Shown here in pieces: positions 53,122 through 64,000 of a DNA stretch of 64,000 bases (the first letter of the stretch is position 1; each line of letters begins with the position of its first letter). The translations under genes and the position numbers were made by a program. The notes under the pieces are model-generated. The model made no database searches. It saw only the letters and a program-made list of their open reading frames with translations, and had not been told where the DNA came from. Origin of the DNA: Selaginella moellendorffii (taxonomy: Eukaryota > Plantae > Lycopodiophyta); contig NW_003314297.1 in NCBI RefSeq assembly GCF_000143415.4, positions 1 through 64,000 on the forward strand. The letters run 5' to 3'.

Positions 53122-54375
53122 TCAACCTTGCCCCGCCAGAGCGAGAAAGAAGGCTGGGTTCTGCAGCATATGGAGCACATTAGACATGGTCTGGTGCTGG
53201 GCGTGCTCGGGATCCAGGCACGACTTGGCGATCACCGCCAGCAGCATGAGCTCCTTGACGTGATCCTCGTCCAGCACCAGTGTCGGATCCACCAGCCTCA
53301 GGAAGGCATCGCGCTTCCCGAATTCCATCAGCGGCAGCGCCCTGTGCAGCCACGCCTCGCCGAATCCGTCGCAGCAGCTACTGATGTCCAGCCCCGACAA
53401 CAGGTCGAGCAAAACCTTCCCGTAGCAGTATATGTCGTACACAGGGAACACGTCGTTTCCGTACTGCTGCCGGCAGGCTTTGCCGAAGCTCCCCAGCCGG
53501 ACCTCGTACCCTTCGTCCAGGAAAACGCTGCTGGATTTCAAATCCCTGCAAGGCAAGACATCCATGGGTAAGGGGCAAAAGGTGGCAGGCCTAGCCCTAA
53601 AACCACGAAAAAGGTGGTAAGCTAAACCTTGATAAACCCTAATCTGGGATGAAACTGACCTGTGAATTACTGCCGGGGAGCAGTCGTGGTGGAGGAAGGC
53701 GAGGGCCTCGGCGACGCCAATCGCGATCTTGAACCGCGTGATCCAGTCCAGCGGCTTGGCGGATCCGGCGCTGGACGAGTCCGAGGACTCGCTCGTCTCG
53801 CCGTCGGAGGATTTGAATTCGTCGCCCCGGCGCAGCGCCGACGCCAGATCTCCGTTGGGCATCTGGCGCAGCACCAGCAGCATTCGCTGCGCATGCCCAT
53901 CCGCGCAATCGCCTCCTCCCCCTCCTCCGGCGCTGCTGCTGCTGCAAATGCCGATGATCTGGACGAACCTGTTGGCGCTGCTGCTGTGGCCCAGCCCCGC
54001 CAGCATCGCCACCTCCGCGTCAAACATCTCGCGGCTCTCCACGCTCTTGATCACCACCGCTTCCTTGCCGTCCCCGCCCAGGGTGCCCGCAAAGAGCCCC
54101 TCGCGGAGGAGATTGCCCTGCGCGAAGCCGTTGGTGGCCTGGTGGAGCTGCTGGTAGGAGAAGTCGCGGAGGACCTGGCGGAGGAGATTGGCCACTGAGA
54201 GCTCCGCCGCTGCCGCCGCTGCTGCGGTGGATGAAGAATCCGCGAGGATTGGTGCACTGCTGGACGATCCCGCGCCGTCCCGCCCTCCGTATCTGCGCAG
54301 GAGCTCGATGAGCATGAGGAAGAAGGCGAAGCCCAGGCCGCCAAAAACGCCCCACACGGCTAGTCTCACATCCAT
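53122..54375 (-). CDS. Membrane-anchored receptor-like pseudokinase, LRR-XIV-like kinase domain, no ectodomain (intron 53546-53659)
   Basis: N-terminal TM; FSYQQLHQAT; LDWITRFKIAIGVAEALAFLHH; HR|DLKSSSVFLDEGYEVRLGS; DIYCYGKVLLDL; LVDPTLVLDED...SCL. Confidence 0.82.
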   Translation of the reverse strand: MDVRLAVWGVFGGLGFAFFLMLIELLRRYGGRDGAGSSSSAPILADSSSTAAAAAAAELSVANLLRQVLRDFSYQQLHQATNGFAQGNLLREGLFAGTLGGDGKEAVVIKSVESREMFDAEVAMLAGLGHSSSANRFVQIIGICSSSSAGGGGGGDCADGHAQRMLLVLRQMPNGDLASALRRGDEFKSSDGETSESSDSSSAGSAKPLDWITRFKIAIGVAEALAFLHHDCSPAVIHRSVSSQIRVYQGLAYHLFRGFRARPATFCPLPMDVLPCRDLKSSSVFLDEGYEVRLGSFGKACRQQYGNDVFPVYDIYCYGKVLLDLLSGLDISSCCDGFGEAWLHRALPLMEFGKRDAFLRLVDPTLVLDEDHVKELMLLAVIAKSCLDPEHAQHQTMSNVLHMLQNPAFFLALAGQG

Positions 54376-56259
54376 AAAGTTTCTCTCGCCGGGAGGAGAA
54401 AGCGAATGAGAAAGAGAGAGAGAGAGATCGAAGCTCGAGCGGGAGGAGTTTTGGGGATCAAAAATGCCGCTCGCGGGGAAATTTTCAGCTGCAATTGTCT
54501 GCTCTCACAGAGCGCGCGTCAGCAAGAACAACTCCATAGGAAAAACGTTTGGAATTTGAGGAATCTACACCAGAGTTGAGAGGGTAGTCCTATCCTATTT
54601 TCCTTTTCCTTCTCTAGCAGCAAATGCCCCTGAAGAAATCACAGAGCTACTAAAGCGGGGGAGAGAGAAAAAGAGGGAGGAAAAGAGCTGCAATTCTCAA
54701 GGAGAGAAAGCAACCCAAAGCAGACAGGATTCAATTCCTCTGCTGCAGTCTCTGCAGCACTGCATCAGCTAGCTCAGCTATCCGCAGCAGCCCATCTGCT
54801 GCAAAAGGAGAAAAGAAAAGCATACAACTGTAGGATCAATCACATTCTTAGAGGAAAAAAAGGAAAGAGAAAACAGAGGTGCAGGCATATTGAAAGAACT
54901 GCAAGATTGAGTACAAGGAAAAGGGAGCACACAAATCCTCCCTTGGGACCAAGGGAGTGTTTGTGAGAAGTAACACTTGATCACCAAAAACACTCTTGCA
55001 CCTGTAAGAGGAGTGGCCAGCAGAGGGACTATCAATATCCATCCATGTATGTAGTATGAGAAGCAGCAGCCAGCAGCCAGCAGCCTTACCTTACCTTACA
55101 CATTACAGACCCAAGCCAGCCATGCCTTCTGCAGAGACATTCAATGCAAAAACCTTTTTCTTCTTAATTTTTTTTGTCCTTTTACTGTGTTTTTGGTGGT
55201 ATGTTTTTCTTTTTTGCAGTTTGCAAATCCTCCAGCTTAAATACTGAGAAAATCCAAAACCCAGGTGGTTTGGTTGGCAAACAAAAGGGGAGAAGCTTCT
55301 CAACCTTGGGGACTAGTAATTCAATTCACTTCCCCGTGCTCTCGCCCCCAGAGGAAGACTAAACATTTTCTATCCCGTTTAGTCCAAGATGGATCATTAA
55401 GCGCACACATCTCTCAAGCCCAAAGAACACTGCTCTTAATTAAGTGTTGGAGAGCCCAGGACCAAAGACTACAAAGACTTTGGTGGATCCAATCTACCCT
55501 TTTCTTTTCTTCTTCTCCTCAGTCATCTAGAGAACAGAAGATCATAGACAAAAAAGAGAAGAAGAAGAAGAAGAAGAATGGTCATAGCCATGTGGTTGTA
55601 CTGTTCCAGTCCTTTTGTTTTGTGTGCATGTTGTAGAAAGAGTGTCTACAAATTAGATATGATAATTTGGAGAGATTTAAAGACAAGAGAGAGTTTGGCC
55701 TCTTTTCATTCGAGCACTGGGACATGCTTGCTATTGCAACTACCGAATTGGGTTTTAAATGCCAGAATTGAAACATACCACCGCATAGACAAAGCTTTTT
55801 TGAAGTTCACGAACAAGATGGATAGCTGGAAAATACTGGAAAATGCTGGAAAATGGAGCATATCTAGCATTTGCTTTTGACACATCCATTTCTAAACAAA
55901 CTCGGGTAGTTTCTAGCATGCTTTGCTTTCCCTTTCGCTCTTTCGCTATTGTCATGCGAATGCTTGCCGACCTTACGTAAGCCATCCAAATCATCGTCCA
56001 TCCTCTCAGCACCAGGACAATAAGTGTCCGCTTTCGAAAATTTCCGCAAAAGATTCCACCCTATCGTACGTAGAGGACAGCGTGAAGGACATCAGCTCGA
56101 CTACGCGTAAGTGGAGCCTCACTTTTTTTTTTCCTTCTCTTTTTTCCCTTCTGCTTGGCTTGGCATTTTTTGCCTGCCTAGCTCGCTTGTGTTGACAGAG
56201 AGAGCGCTGGCTCGAAGTTCCTGGGATTCTCTAGAAAAGGAAGGAAAAGAGGAAAAAAC

Positions 56260-57129
56260 TTAGCTCAGATTCGAGTCAAGTCGTGAGCCAGGCCTCGACT
56301 GCCAATCCCTCTTCATTCTATACGCCTCCACCGCTTGGAGCCTCCGGCGCTCCTGCGAGACCAGCGATGGCCCAGCGGCATCTTCATCCTGGACACAACC
56401 GAAAAGAGCCACGTACTAAGTTGGAAATGGCTTGCACGGTTTCCAGGACACATACCTTCTTGCGCAGCCGAGGTAGCTTTGGGGGAGCTTGAGCAACCTC
56501 TCCAAACGTGACTTGTTCGTGCTTGTACAGTTGCTGGAGGCTGTGGTCTATGGCATCCAGCTGCTTTTGCTTCTTCTTTTCCTTCCTCTCCTTGAGAAAC
56601 CTGTGCCATGGTGTGGTCAGCATTGTGGCATTTGGAAGCTTTGCTTCTACAGCTTACTTCTTGCGTCGCTCCCGACTCTTGCCTCCAGCGTTCTCGGCTT
56701 TCAGCTTCTCGGCAAACTCGTCCAAGCCGGTGTTTCGCCTCCTCTTTTTGGATCCGGGCTTACTTGCATCAGCCGGAGTTTGATCGGTGGAAGGAGCCCC
56801 TACCGCATCTTTCTTCACTGTTGTTGCCTAGCAAGCAAAAAACACGAGTAAGTTCTAGCTAGGCATGAAAGAAAGCTACTTACATTCTCAACTTTGCCAG
56901 CTGATATTGGCTGCTTGCCTTGGAGACCACATTTTTAGAGGCAAAGTTTCCCAAGGAAAATCGACAAAGACTTACCCTCGCGAGGATCCATGAATTTCAT
57001 GATCGCGCGAAGCTTACTGGGAATCGCGTCCACATCCTTCATCACTGGCGGAGGCGCCAGCTCCAGACCTGTCCTGTGCGCCGCCTCATAGTTGTGCTGC
57101 CGCCTCCGCCTCGCTTTGCCCTTACCCAT
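56260..57129 (-). CDS. Basic coiled-coil protein, CCDC137-like
   Basis: MGKGKARRRRQHNYEAAH...DAIPSKLRAIM, EQVTFGEVAQAPPKL, RLQAVEAYRMKRDW.SRPG; telo-box AAACCCTA just upstream. Confidence 0.65.
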
Positions 57130-57170
57130 AAACCCTAATTCTCAGGCCAGACACAAAGTAAAAAAAAACT

Positions 57171-58125
57171 CTACACCATATGGATTTCACTGGAAGTGTC
57201 AATGCTGTGCATGGACGCCACGCACAGCGCATGAGGGGCGAAGAAAAAAATCGCTAAGAAGACCAAAACTCCCAAATCGGCTTCTTCTCCCACGGCAGGC
57301 AATCGGGGAACCATCACGTAGACTCTGATCGCACACCAGAGGGTGTAGAGAGCCGCGACTATGGCGATGGAAGCCAGCGCTCGAAGAGGCTGCGAATGAT
57401 TTGTCTTGATCGATCTAAAGAACAAAGAAAGAGAAAACTAAGTTTGATCGAAGGAGTTCTCGAAAGAACTTACCTGTTGATGTAGATGAAACTTGCAAGG
57501 AGTACACTGCAGAGCAGTCCCACAATCAAAACCGACATGAAATCGAGCGGAGCAGCGCCTTGCCACCACCCCGTGCTTAGAATCCACACAAGCATTTTCG
57601 TGTGACCATTTTCCTGCCACGGATTCTCACAAAACTCAAACTCGCGTTCTTAGATCTCGTGTGAATTACCTCGAACAAGTTGTCAAGAAAAAAATGTGAG
57701 AGACTCCCGGCCGCGATGAGGTACAAGCACTCTTTAGGCTTCAAGTGGACCTGCAAACACAACAAATAGCAAGGATAAGTAAGAAAGGAGGAAAAAAAAA
57801 CAAGCTTTACCCCGGGTAGTGTTGGAAGAAATCCGGCCTGGAGTAGAATTCTTGAAAGCTTGCTGTACATGAAACAGAGAGGAGCTCCCAGGATTAGTAC
57901 ATAGTACACTGGGTCGTGGACGTAGTCCATGGCTTTGGAGCCGAGAGCCCGACCAAAGCTGCTCGTCTGTGCAAGCCATTCGCAAAAGGAGCCCAAGTCC
58001 GGTCCGAGGAACGCATTGAGCGTGTAGACGAGACAGTGGTGCGAGGTGAAAGCTCCTCGCGAGAGATGCATCATTCCTGTACCCATGGCAAGTGTGTACA
58101 TGAGGTGAGGGCCTGGTCCAGGCAT
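57171..58125 (-). CDS. Uncharacterised integral membrane protein, possibly YdjM-like metal-dependent hydrolase
   Basis: MPGPGPHLMY, FLGPDLGSF, VHDP, LSHFFLD motifs among hydrophobic segments; short GT-AG introns. Confidence 0.7.
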
Positions 58126-58251
58126 AATTCGCTGGAAAGCAGTGCCGGAGAGAACTTCACCTCATCACACACTGATGCCAAGAACCCTACTTGGTAGTCC
58201 TGGAAAAGTCGAGTTTCTGTGGAACTCAGAACTCTACCGGGGATTTACGTG

Positions 58252-59074
58252 TTAGTCGTCAAAAATTCCAAGCAAAGAACCTGCGATTCTTTGTTCGTCG
58301 GGAGCCGTAGCTTGGTCTTCCGAGTCTAGCCAGTCGGTAGAGCCGTTTAGTTTCTTTTGCTGCCGCGCTTGAGTGACTTCTTCCGGATTTGAGCATATCA
58401 GGCCTTGGCGACGGGCAGGACGGTCGGCAACGATGAACTTCTGGCCGTCTCTCTCACGTTCGGGAAAACCAGCCCATACTGAAAGAAAGGGAAGTGAGAA
58501 AACAGAGTTTTGTCATCGAACTTAAAGCACACTTGCCAGAGAAGTGGTGCAGGACGATCGACGCAGCGACTGTAACGTTTAGCGACGCAGTGCCGCAGCC
58601 AACTTGAGGTATGTAGGTGAAGAAGTCGCAAATCTCCATTTCCTTGGGCGATAAACCAGTTCCCTGGGACGAAACACATCTAAAGGTGATCGACGTTGAT
58701 CGCCAACAGGGAGCTCTCTAACCTCGTTACCAAGCAAAAACGCAGTGCTACGTTGGAATGGATGCTTGTGCACAGCCACAGCTCCCTCGGTTATCTCCAC
58801 TCCACAGATATCACAACCTATTCCCTTTGGAAGCCACACGTCAAGGAAGGAATGAAAAAATCATCGACCAAACCTTGAGATAATCCCTGGCCTCGAGGAG
58901 CGAATGGAAGTGCCGGAAGCGGACATGGTGCGCGGAGCCATGGCTGCCAAAGCTGTTGAAATCCTTCTTCCCGACGAGGATCATCTCCGAAACGCCAAAG
59001 GCCGTGGCGCTGCGAGCAAGCGTCCCAATGTTGTGCCGCTTTGCGACATTGTGTACCACAACATAGCACTCCAT
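58252..59074 (-). CDS. SpoU (SPOUT) tRNA/rRNA methyltransferase
   Basis: HNVAKRHNIGTLARSATAFG, AFLLGNE|GTGLS, IPQVGCGTASLNVTVAASIVLH. Confidence 0.9.
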
Positions 59075-59804
59075 CCTTGTTGCCCTAAATCTCGAAGCTT
59101 AGCGATGATCGATCGATCTGACACGAGTACCCCACTTGCGCCAGGAAGACCTCTTCTAGAACAAGCATCGCATTCATACCGCTAGAGATCCATGCGCCTG
59201 TCACGCGGCACTAGTGGCGATGGCAGCGCAATCAAGAAGACCTAAATCCAAGAGGGAAAGAAAGAGAAAGAAATCGCCATCGCCGAAAGAACACACACAC
59301 ACCTCGTTTTCTTTGAATTATAACGTTTACCAATGTCACATCGTAACATGGATACTGTGCTACCAGCGCGCTATAAACAATGTAAGGGTGGCTGGTTTCG
59401 AACACCGTACCAGTTTGAAATTTTCCCTCCAAAATCTTGTGAACGTGGCGGCATGACAGTGGCGGGCAGTGAAAAATATGGTGGCTCCAAAATCTTTTTT
59501 TCTTTCGAAATATTTATACTGTTCTAGGCTACTCCGGAAGAACAGAACACAGGCTTCGATCATTCTCTAGGGCTTAAAGTACAGGAGAGATTTTGGGCGC
59601 GCTAGCGCCAGGATCGCCATGCCGCGGAAGACTGCTCTCTCGCGTTTCTTTCTCTGGCGCTGGCGCCGCGTTCTTCGCTACCGGTAGCGAAATCTGTAGC
59701 AGCATTGGCGATCCAGGCAAGGGAAACAAGATTGCTGCTCAGGGTTTGAGTGGTTGCGGCGCCGTGCAGCTAGATCAGGGTGGGATCGAGTGATTCCGGC
59801 AGGG

Positions 59805-62800
59805 ATGAAGGGGGAAACGCCGTTGGACTACTGCGTTTTCCAGCTCAACGAGGCCAGGTGAGGTTTGTCGCGAGGAATGCCGCTTTGCTACTGGGATTTC
59901 TTTCGCAGATGTGAGCTTTGGATATGCGCTGGAGATAAGAACGAGAAGCTGGCCTCTGGATCGGTCAAGCCGTTTGTAGCGCATCTCAGGGCTGCTAAGG
60001 AGCAGATCGCGAAAGGGGGGAGCTTCATCATATTGCAAGCCCCGCCTTTCGTTGGGGATGGATCCCCTTGGTTCACTAAGAGAACTGTAGAACGGTAAGC
60101 TATTACAACTTCATTTTAAATTATCTGTGTGCTTAAATTTTTTTATTCCTTTTGGAGCTAGATTTGTGAGATTTGTCAGCACTCCGGATGTTTTGGAGAG
60201 TGTTAGCGTACTCGAAGCGGAGCTCGCAAAGCTCGATGATGCAACCTCGATCCTTGTTTCTGATTCTTCATGGGTAAGGCGTCGCTTGAGTTCTTTTTCA
60301 GAATTACTGATCCCGTGCTTCGATTCTAGAGTGCTCCTGTTACTCCAAGAACAGGTACTTTTTTCACACTTTGCAAGGGCTTCTGAAGTCTCAAATGTCT
60401 CGTCTGTGCAGGAAATCTTTCTTTGTACAAGTCTGATGTAGAGCAACACGGAAGCCAGACCAAGGTACGTAAACGTATCACTCAAGTGCGCAGTTGTGGA
60501 TCTTCGTCACTAACTTTTTTGTAGGTTTACCCGAAGCGACCTTCGTTTGACTATGCAGGCATTGCTCTATTAGATGGTTCCAAGTGCGTTTCGTGTATCA
60601 AGAGAAAGATGTATTGATCATTTGCAAGTTTTGCAGGAAGGATTTGCTCAAAGCGATGGAAATGCGTAGGATGATGCTTATGCACGAACAGAAAAAAGCA
60701 TTCTCTCATGCTACTGCCGCGGGATTCAACGTCTCGTGCATTTCGGACCTGATGGTATTTGCGAACTGTTTTGGTGCACCACGTCTTTGGTACAATATTT
60801 TGTTGAATTTGTCATGTACTAACCGAAGATGTACTTGCAGGGAGGCGTGTTTGAAATATATGACACTATGCAAGAAGAGGCAGGATTCAGGATTGAATCC
60901 AGAAGAATCTTTATTCGATTCTATCTCTTCGGGTTCGTCGGATGCCAGCATACAGCTGATGTCGAACAAGTCAGAAACCAGCGACAGCACAGAGGAAACG
61001 AGCAGTGGATCAGGAAAAAGCAAAGCACGTAAGACATGGGATCCACAGGTTTTAAGCACCTTGCAGCAGTTGCATGCGAGGAAAGTAGAAAACGGGTCTT
61101 TGATGTCTCCAGACGGCAAACGGGTTATCAGAAGACAGAAGACTGAGGATCCTAGCCCTCTCGCAGACGAGGACTTAGTCGTTGGAGCCAGGGAATCGGT
61201 GAACAATCCTTACGTGCTGCTCCAATCTTCTAGAAGCAAGGTCGAGCACAAAACTATAAGCGTTCAAGATGCCATTAGCCTGTTCGAAAGCAAACAGCAG
61301 AAGGTGGACGATGCTTTGAAGAAAAAGATCACCAAAGAAGACATCGAAGTGACGGAGCCCGTAAAGCCAGCTATTTCTGAAGAACAACATGTAGCAGAAA
61401 GCGAGCCAGACAAGCACACAGTGATAGTGGAACCGACCATAGCCGACCTTGAAGCGGTTCCTGAAGCCGGTCCGGAGGAAGTCGTCCCTCAGCAAACTCT
61501 TTTATTGCAGCATCCTAGCTGCAAGGAAGATAAGCAGGCGATTCGAAAACCCAGCGCTTTAGCTGTCGTGGCTGAGGCAACGGAGTTGGAGGAATTGGAT
61601 AACATTGAGTGGAGACCATTATCCAAGTCGTCGGGATTCGTTTTTGACGACATGTTCCTCGACCAGAGAGCCACCGTTGCGCAGAACAACAGAAGACAGT
61701 CACTTTGTGTCTGGAAGACTAGCGACCTTGAAAGTTACAACACTCAGAAGGCTGAGAAGAAAGAATCGAAGGGACGGTTTTACGACCAGTATCAAGAAAA
61801 AAGAGAAGCCAAACTGAAGCATGAACCTGTTTTGAAGAAAGCGGAAAAGGAAGCGAAGCTCAAGGCTATGCAGGACGTGCTGGAAACACGGAGAGCAGAA
61901 CTGTCTACACGCAGCATGAGATTAACCGATAAAACTGCCACCTTGACATCAAGAAGTAAAAAGGTATTGTATCTCTTTATCTCAGTTGCCAGAGTTCTTA
62001 CGCTTCTATAACAGGACGTGGAGTCCAAAAGCTGCGAGCTTAGGATTCCTTCGAAGCGAACGGGTTCCGTGTCAAGCGTTCATTCCGCTCCTCTGGTGTT
62101 AAAGGCAGACGCAAACAACGCTAGGACTATCTCTGTCAGAAAGTCTTCACCTTCTTCTCAAAAATCAAGCACAACAGTTCGTGCCTCAAGCTCTTCAGGC
62201 AGCAAAATACAAAGAAGGTCTGCAGAGAGCTTGCATTTGGAACACGGCAAAGAGAACGCCGACCCCTTATACACAAGTGATCTCGAGGGCCCCCAGAAGT
62301 TTAAGTTCTTGGAGCGAAAGAGTAAGGGGCCTCCGTTTATGACGAAGAAAATCGTTGACAACAATCAGCTTAAAGGAGAACCGGGCAAAGCCTCCAAGTC
62401 CGACGGTGCAGTTTATCAAAAGAAAGTGCCTCAGACTCGGCAACCATCTGCAAGCAGTTATGTGAAAGGTAAACCAACAGAGGAAGACTCAAAGTCGCAG
62501 AAAACCAGTGCCGACAGTTGCTCCGCCAGCAGCGAGATTTTTGAGATGAAGCTCGAGGGCGATGACACGGAGAGTTCATGCTCCTGTTCAGTTGCTGGGA
62601 ACGCGACGTCTTTACAGAAAGAGAACTTGGCAGATGATCTAGAACCGGAGGTGACTTTCTTACGAGTGGAGGTGACAGACGTCGAAGCCTGTCCGGACGT
62701 GGCCCAGGCAGAAATGCAGGTGAAAGACGAAGCATGCATACCAACTGTGGAAGGTGCTAGTGCTGAGGAAGTCAAGCAGGAGGTTGATAACCGGGAGTTG

Positions 62801-63808
62801 AAGGGCGGAGAAACAGATGAACATCGTCTCGAGTCCAGTATGAGGGTCGGGAGTCCCGACTCTGATACTGTCGAAGTTGTGCTTGAAACAGCTCCAGACG
62901 TGAGCAACGCAGCAGCAGCCAGAGAAGCTCATGCCTCCATTGACATGAGCGTTCTGATTGAAGAGCTTGAGAGGGAGGACGAGCTCTCGGAAGTGAAGAA
63001 AGTCGTCGACGTCGAGATCCCGGAGAAAGCGCCGCCATTCGAGAAAGCCAAGGCAACTCCTCTCTTCGAGCTTGCCGAGCTCGACCAGAAGCAGTTCCCG
63101 GCCGCCTACAAGGTGTATCCGCCGCTGGAGGACTTCAGCAGCACCACGGGAACGCAGTCGGAGGCGTCAGGCGTGTCCAGTGCGATATGCGGCCCTGGCG
63201 ACCCAAAAGTCGAGAGCTTCGGCTCGAGCAAAGACGAGGGAGAAGAGGCGACAGCCATCTACAATCCGGACTCCCCGACGCTCATGGTTGGCTCGTTTCT
63301 CCCGAGGAAAGTCGTGGTGGCCGGACAGACGCAGCCGAAGTGCACGATCTTCCCCGCAGTGGTGGAGACGAGGAAGAGCTCTTCGGACGCTGCGATGGCC
63401 CGATCGTCCAGCGAGCCGGGCTCTCCGACCAGGCAGCCGCTCTTCGATCTCTTGGCCAACGAGCACAACACTCAAAGCAACGCCACCACTTCCAACTCCG
63501 CCACCGCCGCCACCAGCGCCGCTACCATCGGTATCAAGCCTCTCAAGTCCGCGTCTCACAAGCTTCCTCATATGTGCAGGCTGCCATCGCCAGACGCCCG
63601 GGGCCACGCCACCGCACTGCTCGAGAAGAAGAACTCGGCTCCATCGTGCGCAAAGCTCGACTCTTCGTCGACGTCAAAGCCGCTCAGAGGCATCCGGAAG
63701 TTCTTGCGATTTGGAAGGCGGAGCTCGTCAGGATCATCGGCAGCAAACGCAGCGGCGGATCAAACAGGCAGGATCATGTGGCAGAATGGATGGTTCAAGG
63801 GGGAGTGA
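59805..63808 (+). CDS. COP1-interacting protein 7 (CIP7)-like protein
   Basis: MKGETPLDYCVFQL, EKLASGSVKPFVAHL, WFTKRTVER|FVRFVSTPDVLE, FANCFGAPRL, GRFYDQYQEKREAKL, GIRKFLRFGRRS; internal exon boundaries approximate. Confidence 0.82.
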
Positions 63809-64000
63809 CACGAAAAAAGAAAATTCCAGGAACGATGGATCATCATATCCTTGGAACTTTGGAACAACTTGTTTCATCATATATTTTGCTATCATCTTTT
63901 GCTACTCATCATACTAATCGACCATACTTTAATTTTAGTGAAGCATATACTAGAATATCCATCCAGTTGCGGGCATCTGACGGTGGGGCGTGGTCCCCTA

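Noticed and set aside
54928-54967. Small hairpin CACAAA..CTCCCTTGG-GA-CCAAGGGAG..TTTGTG
   Set aside because: Too short for a miRNA precursor and no recognisable mature miRNA; may be chance.
55755-56195. Short ORFs between the kinase and CCDC137-like genes
   Set aside because: No motif or convincing exon structure.
63072-63917. 281-aa alternative-frame ORF and antisense ORFs in the CIP7-like 3' exon
   Set aside because: Expected by-product of a GC-rich coding exon; the same applies to most antisense ORFs in the track.

Overview
Plant nuclear DNA, most likely a lycophyte (Selaginella-like). This is inferred from 50-65 bp introns, very short intergenic spacers, the style of the PLS-PPR genes, a phage-type RpoT gene and a flagellar DRC8-like gene. 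1-16.8 kb is a nest of LTR retrotransposons. An old decayed Ty3/gypsy-derived element carries (a) an integrase-deleted Tf1/sushi/Tcn1-type element with a self-priming PBS and a G GGA AAC -1 frameshift site, and (b) in its 3' LTR, a young copy of its own family with near-identical LTRs but no coding capacity. 19.8-45.8 kb is densely genic: Psb28, two PLS/E PPRs, a tandem pair of unassigned secreted proteins, calreticulin (with an ERSE/UPRE promoter), RpoT, PBCP-like PP2C, DUF936/CORD, FAHD1, tRNA-Leu, peroxisomal MFP, a DRC8-like EF-hand gene and tRNA-iMet. 46-52.8 kb is a decayed island with Crinkler-type NTPase relics. 53-63.8 kb holds an ectodomain-less LRR-XIV-like pseudokinase, a CCDC137-like gene, a membrane hydrolase-like gene, a SpoU methyltransferase and a CIP7-like gene. 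The best novelty candidates are the secreted tandem pair (possible Cyt-like pore-forming defence family), the self-priming retroelement and the Crinkler relics. Gene models and family calls were made by eye; no database searches were run.
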